The position numbers were made by a program, and so were the translations under genes. DNA of 64,000 nucleotides from a virus, in IMG/VR virus record IMGVR_UViG_3300045988_161245, positions 128,001 through 192,000 of that record; one strand, given 5' to 3'. The notes below the pieces were generated by a model, which saw only the letters and a program-made list of their open reading frames with translations, did no database searches and had not been told where the DNA came from. The stretch's first letter is position 1, and every line of letters starts with the position of its first letter. Positions 20,301 through 26,647 of the stretch are shown one piece after another.

Positions 20301-20573
20301 AAAGTTATAGAATCAATGAAAATTCGTTCTTTTGAAAGAAAAGATTCTCATAAGAAATACAAGATTGGCTTTATAGCAGACGAACTCGAACAGCTCGACC
20401 CTAATCTTGTTGATGGAGGTGGAGAGGTTGATGGACACCCATATTATAAATCTGTCAATAATTTACAGATGCTTGCTTATGTTGTGAAAGGAATGCAAGA
20501 ATTAAATTCTAAAGTAACTATACTCGAAAAAGAAAACAAACGACTCAAACAAAAACTAAATATGTGCAACTAA
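17349..20573 (+). CDS. tail fibre with HxH-containing collagen-unlike repeats and a C-terminal S74 intramolecular-chaperone domain
   Basis: I prefer the ATG at 17349 (MKEQFL...) because AAAGGGGTG lies 9 nt upstream; the ATG at 17328 has no RBS. The motif GKPS(T/S)YTPSSH(T/N)H(T/D) recurs four times. The longer duplication ASDVY(A/S)WAKASSKPSYSW(G/S)EIT(G/S)KPST(Y/F)TP(S/A)SH occurs twice. The C-terminus SDIRLKGNIRD...IGFIADELEQLDPNLV plus coiled coil is S74-like. Confidence 0.85.
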   Translation: MKEQFLNLSGLTELVTYIKLCIAQHKMIIPRASFSLFPKTGDENNIYIDTSTNSIYRWNDSDKSFVLLAKPPRNISISEGKNNGQITLKVDEIESNATVHGLKSAAFSNASSFATSAQGAKADSAIQSITIAPGTNNGTVKITVNGVTTDNIKVAGLGSAAFSDIAVFAPAKHTHSKSDVGLGNVDNTADIDKSVKYAGSSGSSNTVVYTALTNTDLNTLQTEGKWYYAGGGNTCTNVPVESAAFELYVGRNASVWRYQQFTVTSGEIYIRVFDSSNWGNWRKLAFTSDTVTAASSVPWSGITGKPSTYTPSSHTHTVSQISDFSTHVYDATISRTANTVLAAPNGKAGSASFRALVAADIPSITKSKITDFPSSLPASDVYAWAKASSKPSYSWGEITGKPSTYTPSSHNHTVIQGTSSTSAVPGKANDGFCEFYYNVNNGLANNMPSSNNANAIISISRHAGDYTSQLGFSSNGNLYYREGVGATAWKTILTSSNYTSYTVTKTGGGASGTWGINITGSAGSCTGNAATASNASKVNGHTVNSDVPSGAKFTDTNTWRPLGTTADTACAGNDNRLSNARPASDVYSWAKASSKPSYSWSEITSKPSTFTPASHTHAYIPLSGGTITGSIIRSSGGSWISARNNVAVRGTATTKDSWNPVVGQATPNGYWTIGNLVSNDNLAFSYTSNTNYNAGNNSATTVYLPVQEGTIITSATIGSQSVKYATSAGSAGSVAWGNVSGKPSSYTPSSHTHDDRYYTETEINTKLGAKLGAVSANGYYGMARPDGNTSDWIRTTTTGIIPYQSGGAGGGHCGLGTSLWYFSNAYIDTVNCVNASVSGHIDAAGYIQSSNLINTYFEYQSNRGTIDWRFGSATATGDENFFGFYDAKTGKIPLALDGNFGNIYVGFNVGGLNQKTSVGVYLGAQVSGNRAFIYHGDSYAGSIWIQTRLDGSWKWFSLGRACSTALSDIRLKGNIRDTEVEDATKVIESMKIRSFERKDSHKKYKIGFIADELEQLDPNLVDGGGEVDGHPYYKSVNNLQMLAYVVKGMQELNSKVTILEKENKRLKQKLNMCN

Positions 20574-20574
20574 G

Positions 20575-20607
20575 GTCGCTCTTAATTGAGTGACATTTTA
20601 TTTTTTT
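20575..20607 (+). terminator. rho-independent terminator
   Basis: Stem gtcgctc / gagtgac (one G-U pair), loop ttaatt, then ATTTTATTTTTTT. Confidence 0.65.
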
Positions 20608-20635
20608 ACTCAAAATTTGAAAGGAGCAATATATT

Positions 20636-21538
20636 ATGATTATTTTAGGCAAAATTAAAGTTGATGACCAGGTACTTAAGTATTGTGAAATTTCCTATGA
20701 TCCATTTTATGTAACAGTCATGTCTGAGGACGAAAAAGCAATTGTAGATCTCTTTAATAATGCAAAATCTATTATTGTTATGGATCAGTATGGACTGGTA
20801 ATCAAGTCCGTATCCAATTATTGTGGCGTTGAATCTTCTACTATAAAATATAACTTTTATCTGGATGAAGAGAACAACATGAAACCTGTAATTACCGTTC
20901 GTCTCAAGGCTGTTGATCTCAATGAAAAAATCAAATCTATTGAAGCTGCTATGGGTGAAGATACTGTTGACGAATCAAGTATGTCTCTTGAAGAGTACAG
21001 AGCATACAAAATTAAACAGTATGGTGTAGAATGCCAGGACAAAATTTATGCAGGTACTGATGTAGAGACAAGTTATGGAACAGAGCACTTTTCTGCCACA
21101 GGTGATGATCAGGCAAATATTAAAACTTTATCTGATGTTGCCATGGCAACAAAGGTATCTCTTCCATATCATGCAGATGGCTCACAGTGCAAAGTATATA
21201 CCTATCAGGATATTATTAAAATTTACTGTGAGATTCAGAAACTCATTCTTGCAGAGACATCTTATTGTAATGCTTTGAATACATATGTAAGAGGACTTAA
21301 TACCAAAGAACAGATTGCAGCTGTTAAATATGGTCAGGAAATTACAGATCAGGCAATTAAGACTAATATGGATACCGTAATTGCACAGGGAAATGCTGTA
21401 ATGGAAGGTATTGTAAAGCAGTATCTTGAAACTGCAGTACCAGAAACTAAGACAGATGTTAAGGACACAGAAAATACTACAGATGGTACAGATAATATAG
21501 AAGATGCAGCTACAGAAAAATCATCTAAAAAGGCGTGA
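20636..21538 (+). CDS. hypothetical protein, possibly a fibre-associated / DUF4376-like accessory protein
   Basis: AAAGGAG RBS. The central region YKIKQYGVECQDKIYAGTDVETSYGTEHFSATGDDQANIKTL resembles DUF4376-type phage proteins. This is an inference only. Confidence 0.5.
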   Translation: MIILGKIKVDDQVLKYCEISYDPFYVTVMSEDEKAIVDLFNNAKSIIVMDQYGLVIKSVSNYCGVESSTIKYNFYLDEENNMKPVITVRLKAVDLNEKIKSIEAAMGEDTVDESSMSLEEYRAYKIKQYGVECQDKIYAGTDVETSYGTEHFSATGDDQANIKTLSDVAMATKVSLPYHADGSQCKVYTYQDIIKIYCEIQKLILAETSYCNALNTYVRGLNTKEQIAAVKYGQEITDQAIKTNMDTVIAQGNAVMEGIVKQYLETAVPETKTDVKDTENTTDGTDNIEDAATEKSSKKA

Positions 21539-21543
21539 TATAA

Positions 21544-21975
21544 ATGAATAAATTAAAGCCATGGGCTAAATATTTATTTTTGTTTTACATGGGTGGTTCT
21601 ATCTATTACTACATAGAAGTCCTGTTCAGAGGATATAGCTATTTAAGTATGTTTATTCTTGGTGGAATATGTTTCATTTATTGTGGGTTGCAAAATGAAA
21701 AAACTTCATGGGATTATCCGTTTTGGAAGCAATTAGCAAAATCTGAAGCATTTGTACTAATAGCAGAATTTTTGACAGGATGTGTTTTAAACTTATGGCT
21801 CGGTCTTGGAATTTGGGATTATAGTAATCTTCCTGGAAATATTCTCGGACAGACTTCTTGGCAGTTTGCATTACTCTTTTTGCCGGTATGTGCATTTGGA
21901 ATTATCTTGGACGATTATCTAAGGTACTGGTTCTTTAATGAAGATGAACCACATTACAATTTTAAGCTTAAATAA
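21544..21975 (+). CDS. polytopic membrane protein (PF06541-like), holin candidate
   Basis: About four hydrophobic helices. The motif GGSIYYYIEVLFRGYSY resembles the CmpB-type putative membrane protein family. It lies just upstream of the lysis region. Confidence 0.5.
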   Translation: MNKLKPWAKYLFLFYMGGSIYYYIEVLFRGYSYLSMFILGGICFIYCGLQNEKTSWDYPFWKQLAKSEAFVLIAEFLTGCVLNLWLGLGIWDYSNLPGNILGQTSWQFALLFLPVCAFGIILDDYLRYWFFNEDEPHYNFKLK

Positions 21976-21981
21976 TCAATA

Positions 21982-22010
21982 GGGGTGGTATTATACCACC
22001 CTTTATTTTT
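21982..22010. terminator. bidirectional terminator between convergent genes
   Basis: GGGGTGGTA tta TACCACCC, flanked by an A-run upstream and a T-run downstream. Confidence 0.75.
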
Positions 22011-22188
22011 ATTCTTTTTTGTAATCAAGCATGTATGTAATTATTTCACCTATTGACATTTTATCAACTTGATCAGAAGTAATAAGATCATGTCCGGATT
22101 CAATTAACCCACGGATGTAATCGAATGCATGTAAATGTTGTATATATTCTCTCGCCTGAGAAATCGTAGTCATTCTCATATTTTTCAT
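22009..22188 (-). CDS. small hypothetical protein (59 aa, below the ORF-track cutoff)
   Basis: My own translation gives MKNMRMTTISQAREYIQHLHAFDYIRGLIESGHDLITSDQVDKMSIGEIITYMLDYKKE. It fills an otherwise empty gap and is antisense to the late module. Confidence 0.4.
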   Translation of the reverse strand: MKNMRMTTISQAREYIQHLHAFDYIRGLIESGHDLITSDQVDKMSIGEIITYMLDYKKE

Positions 22189-22215
22189 CTCAAATATTAA
22201 AATCTTAACTCCCTC

Positions 22216-22368
22216 TTAATTTTTATGTTTAAGTATAAAATTATTAATATCTGAGATACAGTCTGTATTCACTTCATCTTCTATAAAACTTTCATAATGA
22301 TCAAGTCTTAGGCAAATCAATTTAACATAATTCTTGATTTCAAATTTTTCTTTCATATCAGTTGCCAT
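22216..22368 (-). CDS. small hypothetical protein (50 aa, below the ORF-track cutoff)
   Basis: My own translation gives MATDMKEKFEIKNYVKLICLRLDHYESFIEDEVNTDCISDINNFILKHKN. An AAGGA RBS-like sequence lies upstream. Confidence 0.4.
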   Translation of the reverse strand: MATDMKEKFEIKNYVKLICLRLDHYESFIEDEVNTDCISDINNFILKHKN

Positions 22369-22502
22369 TTTTTTATTACCATCCTTTTCTATTTTTTTTA
22401 AATTATACCAATTTTAATTAAATATTTCACTGGAAATATATGGTAATTGATCACTTCTAAAAGTTAACTCTAAATTCAATTCTAAGAAAGGAGTCACATC
22501 TT

Positions 22503-23522
22503 ATGACAAAGACAGAAAAAGCTACTCAGTGGATGGAAGCAACAGCTCGAAACGATGCACATGGATATGATCAGACTTTTCGTTGGAACGAAAAAGGCGA
22601 TTATGACTGCTCTTCTGCTGTTTACACTGCATGGGTCAATGCAGGTATTCCTGTAAAAGATTATTCATTTAAAACTTATGGCTGTGCTTATACTGGTGTT
22701 ATGAAAGCAGTATTTACACATTTTAAATTTAAGGATGTAACCTCTAAAGTAAATCTTGCAACAGGAGCAGGTTTACAGCGTGGAGATATTTTACTTAATG
22801 AAAAACGTCATGTTGCAATGTATTGTGGTAATGGACTTGAAGTTGAAGCATCTATCAATGAAAATGGTAGAGCTACTGGAGGTAAACCTGGGGACCAGAC
22901 TGGACGTGAATTCTTAATTCGCTCTTATAGAAATTATCCATGGAATGTTGTTCTCAGATATACTGAAGCAGCTGATGGTAATCCGCCTGTAACTACAAAA
23001 AATTATCTTGCTATGGGTGATAAAGGTGATGCAGTAAAAACAATGCAGACAATGCTTATTAAACTTGGTTATTCATGTGGAAAATATGGTGCTGATGGAG
23101 ATTTTGGATCAGGATCATTAGCATCTGTAAAAGCGTTTCAGCGTGATAATGGACTTGTTGCAGACGGTCTTTATGGTGAGGCTACAAAAGCTAAACTTAC
23201 AACCTTATATAATGCTAAAATTAAAGCAGAATCGGCTCCAAAACCAAGTTCAAAGCCATCTATTGCATCATCTTCTAAAGTTGCTTCTGCACAGTCCTTT
23301 AATAAATCAATTGCTGGTACTTACAAGGTTAAAGCATCTAATGGTCTTAATCTTCGTTATAAACCAGGAGATACATCCAATTCAAATCTTATCATTACAA
23401 TCCCTAATGGAAAATCTGTTGCAAATTATGGATACTACACTACCGTCAATGGAGTCAAGTGGTATCTTGTTACATACAAAGATACACCTGGATTTGTTTC
23501 CAGTAGGTATCTTGTTAAATGA
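22503..23522 (+). CDS. modular endolysin: Amidase_5/NlpC-P60-like Cys-His hydrolase + PG_binding_1 + SH3
   Basis: AAAGGAG RBS. The N-terminus ATQWMEATARNDAHGYDQTFRWNEKGDYDCSSAVYTAW...RHVAMYCG parallels the Dp-1 Pal-type catalytic domain. GDKGDAVKTMQTMLIKLGYSCGKYGADGDFGSGSLASVKAFQRDNGLVADGLYG matches PG_binding_1. The C-terminal YKVKASNGLNLRYKPG...VKWYLVTYKDTPGFVSSRYL is SH3-like. Confidence 0.85.
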   Translation: MTKTEKATQWMEATARNDAHGYDQTFRWNEKGDYDCSSAVYTAWVNAGIPVKDYSFKTYGCAYTGVMKAVFTHFKFKDVTSKVNLATGAGLQRGDILLNEKRHVAMYCGNGLEVEASINENGRATGGKPGDQTGREFLIRSYRNYPWNVVLRYTEAADGNPPVTTKNYLAMGDKGDAVKTMQTMLIKLGYSCGKYGADGDFGSGSLASVKAFQRDNGLVADGLYGEATKAKLTTLYNAKIKAESAPKPSSKPSIASSSKVASAQSFNKSIAGTYKVKASNGLNLRYKPGDTSNSNLIITIPNGKSVANYGYYTTVNGVKWYLVTYKDTPGFVSSRYLVK

Positions 23523-23569
23523 TAGTACAGCACACAATGAATAAAGGGAGTGAGGATAAGGTGATTTAA

Positions 23570-24148
23570 ATGGATAAGTTTGGTGGGATTAAAGAGAATG
23601 TAGAAGTTGTACGCAGTTTTGATTGGTGGACCGTTGTAATTGGAGTTTTGATTGCAATAGGTATTGTAATGCTATGCGTAAAAATTAAAGACTTCGTTGT
23701 TTCTACATTTGGAATTACTACAAAATCTGCTTTAGCTAAACAGGCACAAGAGGAACGTATCAAAGACTTGAATAATCAAATTATAGATTTACAGAAAGAA
23801 ATTCAACAGTTTAAGGATAATAGAACCCATGATAGAGAGCAGTCATTTGATATACAGAAACAATTAACTGACAGTCAGACTTTGCTACAAAATTCTGTCG
23901 AGAATTTAAGAAAAATGTTAGTTAACAAAGAGATTAATGACATGCGTTGGGAAATTCTTGACTTTTCAAATGCCGTTATGAACGGTAGAGTATATAATAA
24001 AGAGATATATGATCATATTTTTGACACATACACAGAATATGAACGAGTATTGGAAGAAAACGGTCTTGAAAATGGTAAGGTTGATTCTTCAATGCAATTT
24101 GTTCGTAATAAATATCTTGAGCTAATGGAAAAAGGCTTTAAGCAGTAA
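23570..24148 (+). CDS. membrane-anchored coiled-coil protein (lysis-associated?)
   Basis: A single N-terminal TM (WWTVVIGVLIAIGIVMLCV) followed by coiled coil. Function unknown. Confidence 0.5.
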   Translation: MDKFGGIKENVEVVRSFDWWTVVIGVLIAIGIVMLCVKIKDFVVSTFGITTKSALAKQAQEERIKDLNNQIIDLQKEIQQFKDNRTHDREQSFDIQKQLTDSQTLLQNSVENLRKMLVNKEINDMRWEILDFSNAVMNGRVYNKEIYDHIFDTYTEYERVLEENGLENGKVDSSMQFVRNKYLELMEKGFKQ

Positions 24149-24158
24149 TTATACATAT

Positions 24159-24201
24159 GGGGTAATAAGTTGTTATTATACAGCTTACTACCCCATTTTT
24201 T
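24159..24201. terminator. bidirectional terminator closing the late module
   Basis: GGGGTAATAAG ... CTTACTACCCC stem followed by ATTTTTT. The convergent minus-strand gene stops at 24209. Confidence 0.7.
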
Positions 24202-24208
24202 CGCGTTT

Positions 24209-24427
24209 TTATTTACATGATATATTATATATTGGAACAAATACCTGATCATTGATTTCGAGCCGTTTTGGATAATTATTGATGAGTGCATCATATATTT
24301 GAATTGCCATTTTTTCTGTTATCACAGTATCTTTTTTGATTGGAATTTTCTGGATAAGATTTTTCATAATTATTCTGGCATTTTCATTTTCATATATATA
24401 TTCGTCTGCAGGTATTGGATTAATCAT
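24209..24427 (-). CDS. hypothetical 72-aa protein driven by an SOS-box-like promoter
   Basis: Strong AGGAGG RBS 8 nt upstream of the ATG. No recognisable motif. Confidence 0.6.
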   Translation of the reverse strand: MINPIPADEYIYENENARIIMKNLIQKIPIKKDTVITEKMAIQIYDALINNYPKRLEINDQVFVPIYNISCK

Positions 24428-24453
24428 AATATCGACCTCCTATTGTAAATAAT

Positions 24454-24505
24454 CGAACAATTGTTTGTTAAATGTTATTGTATAGAATATACGTTCGATT
24501 GTCAA
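24454..24505 (-). promoter_or_regulatory. sigma-A promoter with two Cheo-box (Firmicute LexA)-like sites
   Basis: On the minus strand: TTGACA (24505-24500), a 17-nt spacer, TACAAT (24482-24477). The spacer contains CGAACGTATATTCT (24484-24497). Downstream of the -10 lies the palindrome CAAACAATTGTTCG (24454-24467). The consensus is CGAACNNNNGTTCG. Confidence 0.55.
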
Positions 24506-24609
24506 GGCTTTATGTCGAATTGTTGCAATTTATTTACCATGATTTTTCTATACTTCTGCTGCTATGTATGGTATTATCATATTTGTAACTAACATTTCAA
24601 TTTTAATAA

Positions 24610-24648
24610 GACTCCAGCACGATTTAAATTGGCCTGCGTGCTGGAGTC
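24610..24648. other. isolated GC-rich 12-bp perfect hairpin
   Basis: gactccagcacg - 15-nt loop - cgtgctggagtc in an otherwise AT-rich, ORF-free stretch, with only weak U-tracts on either side. Confidence 0.6.
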
Positions 24649-24843
24649 TTGTATATGTAAAATTTACTCATTCCGCAACTTGAATAGTCCTTATAATAAT
24701 CAGAACTTAAAAGTACAAATTCCATACTTTTCTCCTAATAAAGTAAAAACCTCTGATATTTGCAAAGAAGAAGATTTTTTCAAACCTAATATTGCAAAAA
24801 TGCGTGATTATCTATATAATAAATATAGAAATCCAAAAACTTC

Positions 24844-24872
24844 TTGACAAACAAGATAAAAAGTTATATACT
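24844..24872 (+). promoter_or_regulatory. orphan sigma-A-type promoter
   Basis: TTGACA (24844-24849), a 17-nt spacer, TATACT (24867-24872). No credible CDS lies downstream. Confidence 0.5.
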
Positions 24873-24878
24873 ACAATA

Positions 24879-24996
24879 TATAAAAAATTAGAGAAAACTA
24901 AATAAAGTGCTTTTTGGATATAGGAGCAAATGAGCCAGCCTATATTTGGAAAGAACACTTTCAAAAAGGACACCTCGTAGGATGTCCTTTTTGTAT
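24879..24996 (+). ncRNA. candidate small RNA (about 115 nt) bounded by a promoter and a terminator
   Basis: The predicted TSS is about 7 nt after the -10. It ends at the hairpin AAAGGACAcctcgtaggaTGTCCTTT plus TTGTATTGTTTTT (24965-25002). The only ORF is 16 aa, with an RBS just 3 nt from the ATG. Confidence 0.3.
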
Positions 24997-25020
24997 TGTT
25001 TTTATATTAAACTATATAAC

Positions 25021-25055
25021 AAAGCCCAGCGATCCACACGGACAACTGGGCTTTT
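25021..25055. terminator. hairpin terminator (usable on both strands)
   Basis: AAAGCCCAG - 16-nt loop - CTGGGCTTT followed by TATTG. It lies 3' of the minus-strand 85-aa gene. Confidence 0.6.
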
Positions 25056-25098
25056 ATTGTTACTATTCCTCATCATATTCCAGACTCATATTTTCCTC

Positions 25099-25356
25099 TT
25101 ATTCTTTTATAAATGTTGTCATAATAGATGCTGTATACCCTGATTCATCACCGTTACATTCCTGAATAATATATGTACCAAGCTTATATTTGTCTGAGAG
25201 AGCTTGTATTGCTTCATTTACTGTTTTAAATGCTCCAAGAATTTTCTTATTTTTCAGTGCTATAAAGGATTTTCCATATTTATTATATAGATCCTGGTAT
25301 ATACTTACAAAATATTTGAAATCATTTAATCTGTCTTGTTCTGTATATGTGTCCAT
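25099..25356 (-). CDS. hypothetical 85-aa protein (possible transposon cargo)
   Basis: GGAGGG RBS. The sequence KYGKSFIALKNKKILGAFKTVNEAIQALSDKYKLGTYIIQEC loosely resembles DUF5678-type small proteins. Confidence 0.55.
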   Translation of the reverse strand: MDTYTEQDRLNDFKYFVSIYQDLYNKYGKSFIALKNKKILGAFKTVNEAIQALSDKYKLGTYIIQECNGDESGYTASIMTTFIKE

Positions 25357-25440
25357 ATTGTCAACCCTCCAATCTGTTCTTTTCTACTAATATATTACTA
25401 TATTTTGCTGTATATTTCTATGTACAATGTGGTCTAATGA

Positions 25441-25474
25441 CCATAATAAAAGCCCAGGCATTCACCCAGGCTTT
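25441..25474 (-). terminator. rho-independent terminator after the 90-aa gene
   Basis: Minus strand: AAAGCCTGGG tgaatg CCTGGGCTTT (two G-U pairs), then TTATTATGG. Confidence 0.6.
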
Positions 25475-25485
25475 ATAGTGTGTTA

Positions 25486-25758
25486 TTATTCTACCGTTGG
25501 CTTCGGCATTGACATAAGCTCCTTCAGTTCTTCAATTGTGTAACCGTTGGAATCCATGAGATCCGCAAGAGCTGTAAGCTGCGCTGCACGTTCGGCTTTA
25601 GATTTCTGGGCTTTTAAAATAGTAAGTTCTTTATCAATAGTCTTTTTCTGTTCTGATAATGCATTAATCTTCTCAGTTAATTTTTTAATTTCTTCATCAA
25701 TTTTTGTAAGTTTTGAATTAAGCACTTCTTCTTTTGTTCGTCTTGTTCTTGCTGCCAT
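25486..25758 (-). CDS. small coiled-coil protein (DUF4315-like), immediately downstream of tniQ
   Basis: I prefer the ATG at 25758 (MAARTRRTKEEV...), which has a TAGGAGG RBS. The coiled coil is followed by LADLMDSNGYTIEELKELM, an architecture seen in small proteins of Firmicute mobile elements. Confidence 0.6.
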   Translation of the reverse strand: MAARTRRTKEEVLNSKLTKIDEEIKKLTEKINALSEQKKTIDKELTILKAQKSKAERAAQLTALADLMDSNGYTIEELKELMSMPKPTVE

Positions 25759-25834
25759 AATAAAATTCCTCCTATTGGATAATTTTATAATTATACTACT
25801 CCATAACAACTAAAGTTTCAAGATAATTTTGAAA

Positions 25835-26647
25835 TTAATGGCATATTTTTAAATAATAATATATGGCACTCATTGTATAAAAATTTTTTCTATTGTCATA
25901 TACCATTGAGTCTATTTCTCTACCGCAAAAATTTATTCCATGTTTTTTATAAAAACTAATTATGTTACTTCTTAATCCCCAATTTTCTTTTCTAATCGAC
26001 AAATAATCAATACCAATATCTTTTATGTCTTGTTTATAATATCTGTCAATTGCGTATTCAACTATTTTATCAAGCATTTCATTTGTGTTATATTCTACAT
26101 CAGAGTTAAGATTCATCATTTCTAGTGGAGATAATTTTTCTCTTACTCTTCCATAACCAATATAACGTATTTCACTATTATGCAATTTGCACTTGTGTAT
26201 AGGACATATCGGTAACATTCGTATTTGATGTATATTATGCCAATATGCTTCTCCATATTTTTTACGATCCTCAATAATACACATTGGACAATATTTCAAT
26301 TGTCTATTTTCGCTACGTGGTCTTCTTATATTAAGCTCTGTTTTATAGCAGTCCGTTTTTAAATTATAAAGGAATTCATTAGTATAGTCATTTGAACAAT
26401 ATCCTGTATAAACATAAAACATTGTATGATGTTTTAACAGATTTTCTATTGATATAACTTTCTCAATATTATTTTCGGTATCTTTATTAATATTTCCAAT
26501 AAATAATTTACTAATAACATTTGTACTGTTTACAAATAGTTCTTTTGCAATCTCATGCTCTCTCCATATACCGCTATTTACAAGATATCTACAGAACCAG
26601 CTGTAAACTGTTTCGTCATCATAGATGCTAGGAAGTCTGTTTGTCAT
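25835..26647 (-). CDS. tniQ: TniQ-family transposition target-selection protein (short, 270 aa)
   Basis: The N-terminus LPSIYDDETVYSWFCRY and the zinc motif CPMCIIEDRKKYGEAYWHNIHQIRMLPICPIHKCKL are typical of TniQ/TnsD N-terminal domains. There is an ATGA start/stop overlap with tnsC. Confidence 0.75.
   Translation of the reverse strand: MTNRLPSIYDDETVYSWFCRYLVNSGIWREHEIAKELFVNSTNVISKLFIGNINKDTENNIEKVISIENLLKHHTMFYVYTGYCSNDYTNEFLYNLKTDCYKTELNIRRPRSENRQLKYCPMCIIEDRKKYGEAYWHNIHQIRMLPICPIHKCKLHNSEIRYIGYGRVREKLSPLEMMNLNSDVEYNTNEMLDKIVEYAIDRYYKQDIKDIGIDYLSIRKENWGLRSNIISFYKKHGINFCGREIDSMVYDNRKNFYTMSAIYYYLKICH

Noticed and set aside
23143-23544. A 133-aa plus-strand ORF overlapping the 3' half of the endolysin gene in another frame.
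   Set aside because: The endolysin frame encodes recognisable PG_binding_1 and SH3 domains across this span. The alternative frame is low-complexity L/Q/H-rich with no RBS.
24629-25165. Three short plus-strand ORFs (24629-24847, 24914-25165, 24946-25143) in the region left of the transposon cargo.
   Set aside because: They have non-ATG or RBS-less starts and junk-like translations. They run straight through strong terminator hairpins. The region is better explained as non-coding (promoter, hairpins, candidate sRNA).
24150-25835. A search for the Tn7-like left end, meaning inverted CGTTTTTAGG-type sites or a TGTTGAGAGGCAAT-like terminus.
   Set aside because: No convincing copy was found by eye. 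The closest is TGTTGCAATTTATTTACC at about 24519, which shares only the first 5 nt and CAATT with the mini-element terminus. I do not call a left end.
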